From NCBI GenBank assembly GCA_963848295.1, contig CAWKDB010000002.1, forward strand, positions 896,001 through 960,000: a DNA stretch of 64,000 bases, written 5' to 3'. The notes under the pieces are model-generated. The model did no database searches, was not told the origin of the DNA, and saw only the letters and a list, made by a program, of their open reading frames with translations. Below are positions 10,213-22,012 of the stretch, piece by piece; within the stretch, counting starts at the first letter, position 1; every line of letters begins with the position of its first letter. Source of the stretch: an uncultured delta proteobacterium. Its GTDB lineage: Bacteria; Myxococcota_A; Polyangia; Haliangiales; Haliangiaceae. The position numbers were made by a program, and so were the translations under genes.

Positions 10213-12672
10213 TCATTTCGTTTCCGCGAGCTCGCGCAGCCCGCGCAGCGCGCCCTTGGCGGTCTCCGCGTGATCGACGAGCGACTCGATCGCATCGCCG
10301 ACCGCTTGGATCGTCTCTTGATCGTCGGACTTGAGGTTTGGTAGCTCGCCCTGGACGAGCACGACGTTGTTGCGGATCTCCGACAGGATGTCGTTGATCG
10401 CGTCGTAGACATCTTTCGCGCGCTTCGCGAGCTCGGTGACCGACAGCGTCGAGCCGGCGGCGTCGATCACCGCTTCGGCCTGGGCGTCGGCGTTCGCGCG
10501 CGCACGTGCGGCTTCGGCGCGCGCCTTCTGCGCGTCGGTCTTCGCGGCATCGACCGCGGCTTCGAGCGTCTTCTGCGAGCGCTCGGCTTGCTCGGCGCGC
10601 GCGACCGCATCTGCGAGCTTGCGCTCGGCCGCTTCGCGCTCGCGTTGCGCTTCGGCCGGATCGGCGACCGCGGGCGCGGGTGCCCCCTGTGTCTTCTCGA
10701 GGTCTGCGACCTTGCGGCGGAGCTTGTCGAGCTCGCGCCGAGCGTCGTCACCGCCGGTCGATGCAGCATCGCGAGCCTTCGCCGAGGCGAGCGCCTCTTC
10801 GGCGGAGCGATGGCGCGCGACCTCGGCCTTGGCGAGCGCGTCCTGCGCGACGTTGCGCGCGCTCTCGGCGGCGAGCTTGCCGTGCACCGCTTCTTGGAGC
10901 TCGACCTCGACCTGCGCGAGCTTGCCCTCGAGTCGGCCGCGATCGCGCTCGGCGAGGTCGTATTGCTCGGACAGGCGCTCGCGATCGGCTTCGAGCTTCT
11001 TGAGCTCGACGCGGACGTCCTTCATGTCCGAGGTCAGCCGCATCATGTGATCGCCCTGGCTGCTGCCGGCGCGCGAGCCGTCGGTCTGGCTCTCGACGAG
11101 CAACCGACCGAGCCGCTTGTTCTCTTCTTCGATCGCGACGATCTGCGCGCTCATCCGCGACGAGGTCGTCGCCGCTTCGTCGCGCTCGGCCTTGAGCTGT
11201 GCGACCTGCTTGAGCGTCTTCTCCTTGTCGGCGCGCAGCTCCTTGATGACTTCTTCTTGCGAGATCAGACCGACCCGGCGCTCTTCGAGCATCCGCTCCT
11301 GCTCGTTGATCACTTCGCGCAGGTGCTCGATCTCGGTGAGCTGTTCGTTGAGCTTCTTCCAGCCCTCGTCCTTGGTGCGCGACAGCTCCATCAGCTGGCG
11401 GTTGAGGTCCTGCATGTCCTCGCGGATCTTCGCAGCGTCCTCTTGGGCGCGCGCCGCTTGGCGCTCGCGAGCCGCCATGTTCTCGGCCATCTCGCCGACT
11501 TCGCCGCGCAGCTTGTTGTGCTCGTCGCGCGTCTGTTGCAGCTCGTCGCGCAGCTGATCGGCGACGCGATCGTGGGCCGCGACCTGCTCCTCGCGATCGC
11601 TCACCGCCGCGCGCAGCTCCTCGATCCTGTCGCGCAACGTTGCCGACTCGGCGCGCACTCGCTTGCCGTCCGCGACCTCACGCTCGTAGCCCGCGTTCGC
11701 TTTCTCGACGTCGGCCTTGAGCTGCTTGATCTCGCCTTCGAGCTTGCGCGGGTCGACCTCGAGACCGAGATCGACCATGACCTTCTTCTCGCCGTCGTCG
11801 ACGCGCTGCGCCGGCGCGTTGGTCGCGACCGGACCTCCGCGCCCGAAGATCGACGGCGGGCCGGGCGCGGGCGCACCGGGCATCGCCGGCGGACCGCCAT
11901 ACGGCATGTTCGGCGCGGGCTGCGGTGCGCCGCCGCCGCCGCCACCCGGCATCGCCGGCGGACCACCGTAGGGCATGTTAGCGGCCGGCGCCGGCATCCC
12001 GGGTGGCGCACCATACGGCGCGCCTTGCACCGGCGGGCTGTTGAAACCCTGCGCTCCCGCGGCCGAGCCACCGAAGCCGCCGCGACTCTGGCCGAACAAG
12101 CTCGCGCTCTGATTGAACCCCGGCTGCGACGGCGAATTCCCCGCGCTCGGCATCGCCGGGGGACCGCCGTACGGCATGTTCGGCGCGGGCTGCGGCGCCG
12201 GCGCCATGCCCGGCGGTGGTCCGAACGCGTTGGGACCGCCGATCGGCTGCGGCGGCGGGAAGCCTTGAGGCCCCATCGGCGCGGGCGAGCCGTCGCCGCC
12301 GCGATCGAGCACCATCGTCCCGCCCTTCTTCGCCGGTGGCGTCCCGCCCTGCGGAACCTGTTGCGGCACGATGTTGACGCCGCCCTCGTCGACAAATCGC
12401 ATGACGAGTGAGCCGCACTGGATCACGTCGGTGTGGCCGAGGGCCTGCTTCTGGACCCGGACGTTGTTGAGGTGCGTGCCGTTCGCGCTGCCGAGATCCT
12501 CGACGACGAACCGGCCGTTCTCGAGGCGGAACTGCGCATGGCGGCGCGACACCATGCCGTCATCGGTCCGAACCGCACATTCGAGGCCGCGGCCGACGTA
12601 GACGATGTCGTTCGTGGGGAGCTCGACCGTCCCCTCACGGCCCTGGCTGTCCCGGAAGATCAGGCGCGCCAT
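10213..12672 (-). CDS. FHA domain + Pro/Gly-rich linker + long coiled-coil protein
   Basis: N-terminal FHA (VGRG...VSRRHA...LGSANGT); PYGGPPAMP repeats; roughly 450 aa of heptad-rich helix. Confidence 0.9.
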   Translation of the reverse strand: MARLIFRDSQGREGTVELPTNDIVYVGRGLECAVRTDDGMVSRRHAQFRLENGRFVVEDLGSANGTHLNNVRVQKQALGHTDVIQCGSLVMRFVDEGGVNIVPQQVPQGGTPPAKKGGTMVLDRGGDGSPAPMGPQGFPPPQPIGGPNAFGPPPGMAPAPQPAPNMPYGGPPAMPSAGNSPSQPGFNQSASLFGQSRGGFGGSAAGAQGFNSPPVQGAPYGAPPGMPAPAANMPYGGPPAMPGGGGGGAPQPAPNMPYGGPPAMPGAPAPGPPSIFGRGGPVATNAPAQRVDDGEKKVMVDLGLEVDPRKLEGEIKQLKADVEKANAGYEREVADGKRVRAESATLRDRIEELRAAVSDREEQVAAHDRVADQLRDELQQTRDEHNKLRGEVGEMAENMAARERQAARAQEDAAKIREDMQDLNRQLMELSRTKDEGWKKLNEQLTEIEHLREVINEQERMLEERRVGLISQEEVIKELRADKEKTLKQVAQLKAERDEAATTSSRMSAQIVAIEEENKRLGRLLVESQTDGSRAGSSQGDHMMRLTSDMKDVRVELKKLEADRERLSEQYDLAERDRGRLEGKLAQVEVELQEAVHGKLAAESARNVAQDALAKAEVARHRSAEEALASAKARDAASTGGDDARRELDKLRRKVADLEKTQGAPAPAVADPAEAQREREAAERKLADAVARAEQAERSQKTLEAAVDAAKTDAQKARAEAARARANADAQAEAVIDAAGSTLSVTELAKRAKDVYDAINDILSEIRNNVVLVQGELPNLKSDDQETIQAVGDAIESLVDHAETAKGALRGLRELAETK

Positions 12673-12744
12673 TGAGGGAAAAATCCTACCACATTCCGCG
12701 ATCTACGCTGGTTTCACCTGAACAGCCGACCCACTAGCACGCAG

Positions 12745-13206
12745 CTAATCGCGCTTGAACACCGCTTCGGTGTTGCCGACGCGGATGATGTCGCCGATCT
12801 CGAGCGTCTTCTTCGGGACCTTGTGACCGTTGACGTACACGCCGTTCGTCGAGCCGAGATCGGCGAGCTCGTAGTTGCCGTCGACCTTGCGAATGCCGGC
12901 GTGCTTGCGCGACACCGCCGGATCGGCGAGCACCACGGTGTTGCCTGCGACCGAGCCGATCGTCGTGACTTCGTCGTTGAGCACGAGCGTCTGGTTCGCC
13001 ATCGGGCCCAAGATGAACTCGAGCCGCGCACCTGGCGACCAATTGCAGAACATGCACTTCTGCCACTGCGGCAGCATCGCGCGGCGGCAGCCGCCGCACA
13101 TGCGCTGACCAGGCGGCGGCGCGCTCTTCTTCGCAACGACGATGAGGAAGATCAGGATCAGCAGCGCTGCCCCGACGATGACCCCGACTAGCGCGCCGGT
13201 CGACAC
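12745..13206 (-). CDS. Membrane-anchored zinc-ribbon + FHA protein
   Basis: N-terminal TM helix, CGGC...CMFC, FHA (VSRKHA...LGSTNG). Confidence 0.88.
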   Translation of the reverse strand: MSTGALVGVIVGAALLILIFLIVVAKKSAPPPGQRMCGGCRRAMLPQWQKCMFCNWSPGARLEFILGPMANQTLVLNDEVTTIGSVAGNTVVLADPAVSRKHAGIRKVDGNYELADLGSTNGVYVNGHKVPKKTLEIGDIIRVGNTEAVFKRD

Positions 13207-13216
13207 GGATCTTGAC

Positions 13217-14749
13217 CTAGTTGATCGACTTGAACTTGAAGTTCGTCTTGCCGAGGGTCACCACGTCGTTATCGACGAGGTCATGTTTTTGGATCTTCTT
13301 GTCGTTGACGTAGCTGCCGTTGGTCGAGCCGTTGTCTAGCAGCGTGAAGCCAGCGGGCGAGCACGTGATCTGGCAGTGCTCGGTGCTCATGAACCCGTCG
13401 TTGACCACGATGTCCGACGGCTGGGTCGTGCCGATCTTCGTCAGGCCCGGGCGCAGGCGATACGTCTGATAGGCGTTCTGACCGTTGAGCGGCACGAGCC
13501 AGCCGACGATCGGGAAGCCATCCTGGTCGCCACCGGCACCGATCATCACGGTCTTCATCGGCCCGGCGGGCTTCGGTGCTTCCATCGGTGCCGGCGCCAT
13601 CTGCATCGGCATCGGCATCGGCTGCTCCTTCTTGCCGAACACCTTCATGCCGATTCCGATCAGCACGATGCCGCCGATCGGAATGACGATCAGCAGCCAC
13701 CACGGGAACCCACCGTGCTTCCGCGGCGACCATTTCGGCGACATCACGAGCGGGCTCGCGTCGGTGTCGTCCTTGTCGATCTTGATGACGAGCTGATGCT
13801 CCTGACCGTCCCAGGTCAGGCCCTGGCCGAGCTTCGGATCGTAGCCCGGAAACGTGACGTACACGCGATCGGCGAGTCGGGCCAGGATGCCTTTGATCGC
13901 GGCGACGATCGTCTGAGCGCCGTTGACGACGGCGGGCGGCGCCAGCTTGTCGATGACGACGACGTCGTCGGGGCTCGACGCCGCCGACTTGTAGACGATC
14001 GCGAACACCTGGATGTGGTCTTGCTTGGCCTGGGTCTTGAGCTCGGCGAGCGCGGTCTTCGCGGCCACCGGATTGGTGTCGCAACCGTCGCCGACGACGA
14101 TCAGCGCCTTGCGGGCCGCCTTTGCCGCGTGCAAGTCGGAGAGCGCCTGCCGCACGGCCTGCACGAGCTCCTTGCCCTTCGTGCCGTAATAATCCTGCTG
14201 GGTGCCGAGCGCACCGCCCGTGACCGCGGACAGTGCGCCCATCGGGATGTTGGTCTTGACCTTGTCGGCGTAGGTCAACAGCTCGCCGACCGAGCCGGGC
14301 GGACCACTCTCGCCGAACTTCACCTCGTCGAGCGCCTTCTCCAGGTCGTTGAGCACGCCGGGCGCGCGCGATTGATCGAGCAGCTGGAGCTTGCCCGGAT
14401 CGTCTTCCTTGACCTGATCATTGCCGATCCACATCTCCCAGCCGAGCATCACGATCGCGACCGCGACCGTCTCGTTGCCTTCGACGTAGTTGCGCAGGTT
14501 CGTCGCCTTGAGCTGGACCGGCACCTTGGCGGTCGGCTCGTAGATCACGAACTTGTCGATCGTCGTGTTCGGCGCGTGGATGATCGTCGCTTCGATCTCC
14601 GGCGCGTTCTTGTGATCGACGTCCTTTGGATCGGTCTTGACCTGGAGATAGACCTCGGGCCCGTCGTTCGCGCCGCCGTCGGCAAACACGGGTCGGACCG
14701 GGCCGAAAGCGACGACGACCGCAGCACACAGCGAGAGCGCCTTCATCAT
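13217..14749 (-). CDS. Signal peptide + VWA-like extracytoplasmic domain + TM + cytoplasmic FHA protein
   Basis: ATG 14749 overlaps the upstream stop; 'KALIVVGDGCD' and 'IQVFAIVY' VWA-like strands; TM 'FPWWLLIVIPIGGIVLIGIG'; C-terminal FHA (MSTEHC...GSTNG). Confidence 0.8.
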   Translation of the reverse strand: MMKALSLCAAVVVAFGPVRPVFADGGANDGPEVYLQVKTDPKDVDHKNAPEIEATIIHAPNTTIDKFVIYEPTAKVPVQLKATNLRNYVEGNETVAVAIVMLGWEMWIGNDQVKEDDPGKLQLLDQSRAPGVLNDLEKALDEVKFGESGPPGSVGELLTYADKVKTNIPMGALSAVTGGALGTQQDYYGTKGKELVQAVRQALSDLHAAKAARKALIVVGDGCDTNPVAAKTALAELKTQAKQDHIQVFAIVYKSAASSPDDVVVIDKLAPPAVVNGAQTIVAAIKGILARLADRVYVTFPGYDPKLGQGLTWDGQEHQLVIKIDKDDTDASPLVMSPKWSPRKHGGFPWWLLIVIPIGGIVLIGIGMKVFGKKEQPMPMPMQMAPAPMEAPKPAGPMKTVMIGAGGDQDGFPIVGWLVPLNGQNAYQTYRLRPGLTKIGTTQPSDIVVNDGFMSTEHCQITCSPAGFTLLDNGSTNGSYVNDKKIQKHDLVDNDVVTLGKTNFKFKSIN

Positions 14750-15705
14750 CACAGGCTCTTGAACTTCAGCATCGCCGCACCGAACTTGATGAAGTCGTTG
14801 TCGACCAGCTCGTGCTTGTCGATGCGGCGGTTGTTGACGTACGTACCATTCGTCGAGCCGGCGTCGCGTAGCACCCAGATCCCGTTCTCCGCCTTGATCT
14901 CGGCGTGCTTGCTCGACATGAACTTGTCGATCAAGCAGATGTTGCACTTCGGATCGGTGCCGATCGAGGTCACCGGCGCGAGCGTGAACAGCTCGCCCTT
15001 CTGAGCGCCTTGCAGGGGCACGATCCAGCCGAGCAACTGCATGCTGCTCGCGCCACCGGCGGCGTCGAGCATGAACGCCTGCGTCTTCAACGCCTGGAGC
15101 TTGCCCGGAGCGGCGGCGGCTTGCTGCGCCATCTGCGCGCAGTACGGGCACGCGTCCCAGGTCTTATCGAGTTGCTGCTCGCACTGGGTGCAGAACTTCT
15201 TCTTGAAGATCCAGAACCCCTTCGTGCGGATCATCGGGTTCTGCCGGGGCATCCCCGGCATTCCCGGAGGCATTCCCGGGGCGCCCGGCATCCCCTGCGG
15301 TGCGCCTGGCATGCCCGGCATGGGCGGTTGGCCCGGCATCCCTTGTCCTGGCTGCTGCATCGGTTGAGCTCCGTATTGCTGCTGCGGCTGTCCGTACTGT
15401 TGCGGTTGTCCGTACGGTTGCTGCGGTGGTTGCCCGTAGCCTTGTTGTTGCGGTTGCCCGTAGCCTTGTTGTTGCGGTTGCGCGCCGTACGCCTGCTGTG
15501 GTCCGCCCGCCGCGCCGCCGGCCTGAGCGTTCAGCTTGGCGTTGTAGTCCTTCGCCTCGCCGGCCACGCGCTTGGCCCGCCGTCCCATCGCCTTCGATTC
15601 GTTGATGTCCATCTGGATGTTGCCCTTGAAGGACTGCACCCCGATCCACTTGTTGTAGAGCGACCGGAACGGAACGAAGATGAAATCGATGTAGCGAAGG
15701 AACAT
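14749..15705 (-). CDS. Gln/Pro/Gly-rich zinc-ribbon + FHA protein
   Basis: QQQGYGQP repeats; CTQC...CPYC; FHA (MSSKHA...GSTNG). Confidence 0.88.
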   Translation of the reverse strand: MFLRYIDFIFVPFRSLYNKWIGVQSFKGNIQMDINESKAMGRRAKRVAGEAKDYNAKLNAQAGGAAGGPQQAYGAQPQQQGYGQPQQQGYGQPPQQPYGQPQQYGQPQQQYGAQPMQQPGQGMPGQPPMPGMPGAPQGMPGAPGMPPGMPGMPRQNPMIRTKGFWIFKKKFCTQCEQQLDKTWDACPYCAQMAQQAAAAPGKLQALKTQAFMLDAAGGASSMQLLGWIVPLQGAQKGELFTLAPVTSIGTDPKCNICLIDKFMSSKHAEIKAENGIWVLRDAGSTNGTYVNNRRIDKHELVDNDFIKFGAAMLKFKSL

Positions 15706-15756
15706 GGTCGCGCCGAGGCCCTCGCCTCGGCAGCCGTCATTCTAGCATCGAGCCGC

Positions 15757-17289
<1,533 letters not shown>

Positions 17290-17292
17290 GGA

Positions 17293-18178
17293 TCACTCGT
17301 CTTCCGTAGACTCGACGACTTCTGCGCCGATCCCGATGCCGGACCGCAGGCCGATCGCGAAGAACTCGCGCAATTCGACCTCGCCCGCCTCTTCCGCGAA
17401 CCTCAAGTAATAGTGGGTGTGCGCCGGTTTTTCGAGCTGGATGATCTGGTGGATCCGGATCACCATCTCCGGCGTCACCGCGTCGAACCGGATCGGCATG
17501 TTGACGACGAAGCAGTGTGCGAGATCGACCGGCGGCAGGATCACCGAGTCGATCGCGACCCGCGCGCCCTCTTCGGCATCCTCGCCCTCGAGCCGGAACC
17601 CTTTGAACGGCCACGTGTTCTCTTGCGATCTCGGGCTCGTGGCCGGTGAACAGCTTGAGAAACAGCGACAGGCCGCGCTTCGTGCCGCGGATGCGGTAGA
17701 GGTCGACTGCCCGTTTGACCAGGGCGCGGCGCTGGGTCTCGGGCCAATCGAGATCGAGCGTGAACGCGGTCCAGCCGGCGAGCCAGTCGAGGAACCCGGT
17801 CGGCGACACGTGCGGGTCGTAGAACCGCCAGCCGTCGATCATGTTCATCTCGACGGAGTCGAACATGTGCTCGAACACGAAGCAGACGTCGCGGACGAGG
17901 TTGCGGCCGACCGCATCGCTCCTGCGATAGATCGCCGGCAGGTTCTCGAGCAAGCCGCGCCGCGCGATCCAGATCGTGACCTCGGTGCCCTCGTAGACCA
18001 TCTGGCCGCGCGCCGGCTTCTGCTCGAGCACGGTGTCGCGATCCTCGTAGCTCTCGCGATAGAGCACGACGATCTTCTTCAAGCCCGCATCCTCGAGGAG
18101 GATCTGCGCCTTGACGAGGCCGCGCCCGACGACATCGGGAACGCGGACGACTCGGCGATTGAGGGCCTCGGTGACCAT
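17293..18178 (-). CDS. PASTA domain fused to phage tail protein I (P2 gpI-like wedge); +1 frameshift near 17625
   Basis: 'VPDVVGRGLVKAQILLEDAGL...TVLEQKPARGQMV...VTIWI' is PASTA-like; 'LPAIY...DP...FLDWLAGW...YRIRGTKRGL'; other frame continues 'ENTWPF...EKPAHTHY'. Confidence 0.85.
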
Positions 18179-21100
18179 TACTTGATGTCGTCTCGAACTT
18201 TCTCGGCGACGTGGACGTGGACCAGGAACGGAAGCTCGTCGTCTTCGAGCCGGAGATGCTCGATTCCGACGTTGCGCTGCTCGTCGCGAATCTCGAGCGC
18301 GTCGACGCCTTCGACGCCGGGCACCTCTTCAGTGAGGTGAATGAGCTCGGTCTTCAACACCGGCCGGCCGAACTCCCAGCCGCGTCCGTCCTTGCCGCCG
18401 ACGAGCGCGTGCAGGAAGCGGCGGAGCTTGAGCTCGATGTCGCGGCGCAACCGATCCGAGGTCCCGATCGATCGGCGGATCAGCACGACGCGCAGCGACA
18501 GATCTTTGTAGCGCGGCCGGACGATGTTGAGCACGGTGCCGACGAGCTTGCGATCCTCGAGGTAATGCTTGACGAACCGCAAGACCTCGTTCGACGGCGA
18601 CAACCGCCGCATCAGCTCCTCGCCGCGCAGCTCCGCCTTCGGCACGACCGCGAGCGTGACGTGACCGCGGCTGGTTCGATCCGGTACGCACTTCGCGCGG
18701 GCGAGCTGGGTCGAGGCCCGTAGGGCGAGCATCTCGTAGTCCTCGGTCGTGACCGCGCGATCGCGGCTCTTGATCGTGTACGGCGCGCGATTCTTGGCTT
18801 CTTCGACGGTCTCGCGATCCGAGCCACCGCTCGCAGGCAGCGGGTTCGTGACCGACTCGACGTATGCGAGCGCGCGCCCGAGCGACGTCAGCGTGTTCGC
18901 ATTGACGTTACCGAGCGCACCGCCGCCGACGCGATACGCGGCCGCGACGATCGAGTTCTTGCCCTCGGTCGGCACCATCCCGCGTCGGCCGTCGCCGAAC
19001 GTGGCGATTCCCGAGACATAGTCGAGCGTGTAGTGACGACTGCGTGGCCCGGACGCGAAGAAGCTATCGACGCGCTTCCACCGAACCCAGACCTCGTTGT
19101 TCTGCGCGTTCTCCGGCTCGGCCTTGCGCACCGCATCGGCACCGATCTCGGCGAGCTCGTCGGCGCTCGGCATGTTGCGTTCGCGGACCTCGATGATCTC
19201 GTCGTCGAGCAACGGCGATCGCATGATCCGAACTTGCTGCAGCGGTGAGCCGTCGGACGAGCCGAGGAGCTCGCCTCGCACGGTCTCGTGGTTGAACGCG
19301 TCGATCGCGTTCGTCACGACCATCCGCACGCGCGGCGGCTTGACATACCCACCCTGCTCGAGTCGCGCGCGCAGCCAGAACCGCTCTTCTGTGAACTTCT
19401 GCGACGCCACCCAATCATCGGGCGCCACGAACATCGTGAAGCCGCTGGCCGTGAAGCCCTGGGTCTCGTCATCGACGGCGAGCGGTTCCCACTCGCGTCC
19501 GTCCCAGTACTCCCACACGACGCGCTGGCCGCTATCCCACTCGAGCCGGCGCGTCGTCTCGTACTTATCGAGCTCGGCGGTCGCGACTTCGGCCTCGTCG
19601 CTCGGCAGCGAGCCCAGACCGAGCTCGTCCTCGAGTTGGAAGAACAATCCGGTGACTTCAGTCCCCGGCCGCGCGACGAACCCGAAGTACAACGCCGGCG
19701 ATTCGTCGGGCTTCGCCGAGAACGGCTGGAAGATCGTGTACTCGGTGCGCGCGACCTCGGTGCAGTCGGTGTACTGGAAGTCGTTGAACGACAGGACGTG
19801 GCGCACATCGCGATAGTCCTCGCGGTAGCGGAACGTGATGCCACGCAGCGCCGGGCGGCCGTAGCTGGCGCTCATCCTTGAACACCCACTTATCGTTCTC
19901 GAGCGTGTAGGTGCCCTGCTCGCCGTAGTCGCCCTTCTCGATGCGAACGCGTACCCACTTCTTCGCGACGCCGTTGATCTCCGTCGCTTCCATGTCCTTC
20001 GGGCGGCGGAAGCTCACCGTTCCGGACTGCGACATCGCCTTGGTATCGTCGTGGAAGCCATACTCGTCGCCAGAGCCCGGTAGCGTGCCGCGCGGCGCGG
20101 TACGGCCGAGATGGCGCCAGCGCTTGCCGTCCCAGTACTCCCACGCGATCACGAGCTGCTCCGAGGCGTTCGGTCGCGGGATCACGGCCGCGTCGGCGAG
20201 CAGCATCTCGATCGAGACGTACGCATCGGCGGTCTGCAGCAGCTCGTCACACGCGAGGTACAGGAGGCAATCGACTTTCGGATCCTTGCCGAAGGGGTAC
20301 AGGTTCTTCGATAGGTCGAGCGCGAGGAATGCGTTGTTGTCGAGGTTCGCGTACGCCTGGGTCGGCAGGAGACCCTCTCCGACGACCTCGACGCGCGCAC
20401 GGATCGTATCGATCTCGGTGTCCTCCGGTGACTCCGGGACTTCCGCGAGCCGGCCGCGCATCCAGAGGCCTTCGATGTGGTTGACCTCGGTCGGGTCGAA
20501 CCGGAGCGGGCCCATGAACGCGACCTCGCCGCGATCGACATCGATCTGCGCGGGGGTCGAGCTCCTTCCAGCGCGTGCCGTCCCAGTGCTCCCACTCGAG
20601 CAAGCGCGCGAGGTCGCGACCGCCGCGCTCGGGTGTGCCGAGGTAGATGCGCAGCAACGATTGGTCGCCGGTGTTCGCGAACCGCGGATCGGACAAGTAC
20701 ACGAAGCGCTCGATCCGCTGCGCGCCGGCGAACACCTCGAACGGCTCGCCGGTCGAGCCCGCCGCCGGGTCGATGTAGCGGCTGTTCTCGGCGTAGCTCT
20801 CGTCGTAATACGAGAAGCAGCGATCGGGCTTCGCGGTCGTGACGACGACGTCGCGCGCGGTCTCGAACGTGACGGTGTGCTCTTCGGTGGCCTGTGGTGT
20901 CGCGACCTGGGTGCCGCGCGGCACGCGTTGTTTGGTCGCTCCATCGACGAGCGAGAACCGCAACAACGCCTTCGCCGCCCGCGGCGCGCGCAGCTTGATG
21001 CCGAGCAAGTTGAGGAACGCGACGTAGTTCTTGTCCGGAACTTGATTGAGGCGATAGATCAGCAGATCGGTCATCCACGCGGCGAGCTCGATCAACGTGA

Positions 21101-21218
21101 TGCCCGGATCCGACGGGTTGTGGTTCGTCCACTCCGGCGCGTAACGCGGGATCATCGAGATGGCTTCCTCGACGATGTCGTTGAAGCTGCGGTCGTCGAG
21201 CTTGGGCGGTGGAATCAT
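18178..21218 (-). CDS. Baseplate assembly protein (gpJ/Afp11-like), about 1012 aa; two +1 frameshifts near 20555 and 19853
   Basis: 'PKLDDRSFNDIVEEA...PEWTNHNPSDPGITLIE' N-terminus; 'FGDGRRGMVP...YRVGGGALGNV...GGSDRE...RDRAVTTEDYE' C-terminus; three ORF pieces join at single extra bases. Confidence 0.9.
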
Positions 21219-21232
21219 GGTGGTGCTCGTGA

Positions 21233-21661
21233 CTAGCCGCCGGCGCTGCCGTTGGCCTCATCCTCTTCGTTGCGCAGATAGAACGGAAATACGAGGTTGC
21301 GCTTGTCGTTCTTACCCGCGATCACGTACTCGATGCGGACATCGAGCCGGTTCGGCTCGTCCGGGTTCGGCTGCGCCCCGCACTTGACCTTCTCGACCCG
21401 CGGCTCGAACTTGTAGATCGCTTCCTCGCAAAACACCTCGGCGCGCGCCGCGGTCAGGCCGTTGTTGGGCGCGAACATCAGGTCGTGGATCCGGCAGCCG
21501 AACTGGGGCCGATAGATTCGCTCGCCCGGCGCGGTGCCCAGGATGATGAAGATGCACTGCCGAACGTTCTCCTCGAGCTGAGAAGACGACACGCCGCCGT
21601 TGAGGTTCACCGAAACCGGAAACCGCAGGCCCTTGCCGAGGAAGTCGCGATCGTTCGCCAT
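21233..21661 (-). CDS. GPW/gp25 baseplate protein
   Basis: 'FLGKGLRFP...[18 protein letters not shown]...FEPRV...NLVFPFY'; ATG 21661 overlaps the upstream stop. Confidence 0.93.
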   Translation of the reverse strand: MANDRDFLGKGLRFPVSVNLNGGVSSSQLEENVRQCIFIILGTAPGERIYRPQFGCRIHDLMFAPNNGLTAARAEVFCEEAIYKFEPRVEKVKCGAQPNPDEPNRLDVRIEYVIAGKNDKRNLVFPFYLRNEEDEANGSAGG

Positions 21662-21843
21662 CAGGGTTGAAAGCGGCCCTGGATGAATTTGCCGCACTTG
21701 CTGCACGAGATCCGCGTCGCGTTATCGACCTCTTCGATCGTCAGCGGACGATGATGACAAAACGGGCACGCGATGTCGCTCGGCCGTCCCGCCGCGACCA
21801 TATCGAGCACGTCTTGCCACGCGATCAAGGCTTCCTCGTCCAC
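21661..21843 (-). CDS. 60-aa Cys4 zinc-ribbon protein
   Basis: CPFC...CSKC; SD AAAGGA before the GTG; translationally coupled to gp25. Confidence 0.75.
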   Translation of the reverse strand: MDEEALIAWQDVLDMVAAGRPSDIACPFCHHRPLTIEEVDNATRISCSKCGKFIQGRFQP

Positions 21844-21857
21844 CGCGAGAGTCCTTT

Positions 21858-21959
21858 CATTTCGACCCCTTCGAACGCAGCGTAGATCCTAGGGATCACC
21901 CGCCCCGAGATCAACGCATCGAGGGTTCGAAATGCGGCGTCGGCACACCGTATGTGCCG
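21858..21959 (-). promoter_or_regulatory. Intergenic stem-loops upstream of the zinc-ribbon/gp25 genes
   Basis: CATTTCGA(21858)...TCGAAATG(21934) closes a long imperfect duplex; second hairpin CGGCACA-N5-TGTGCCG at 21941-21959. Confidence 0.5.
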
Positions 21960-22012
21960 CCGCTAAAAAAGGTAAATACGGAAGCGGAACCCGAGTTGAG
22001 TATTTCCGGTTC

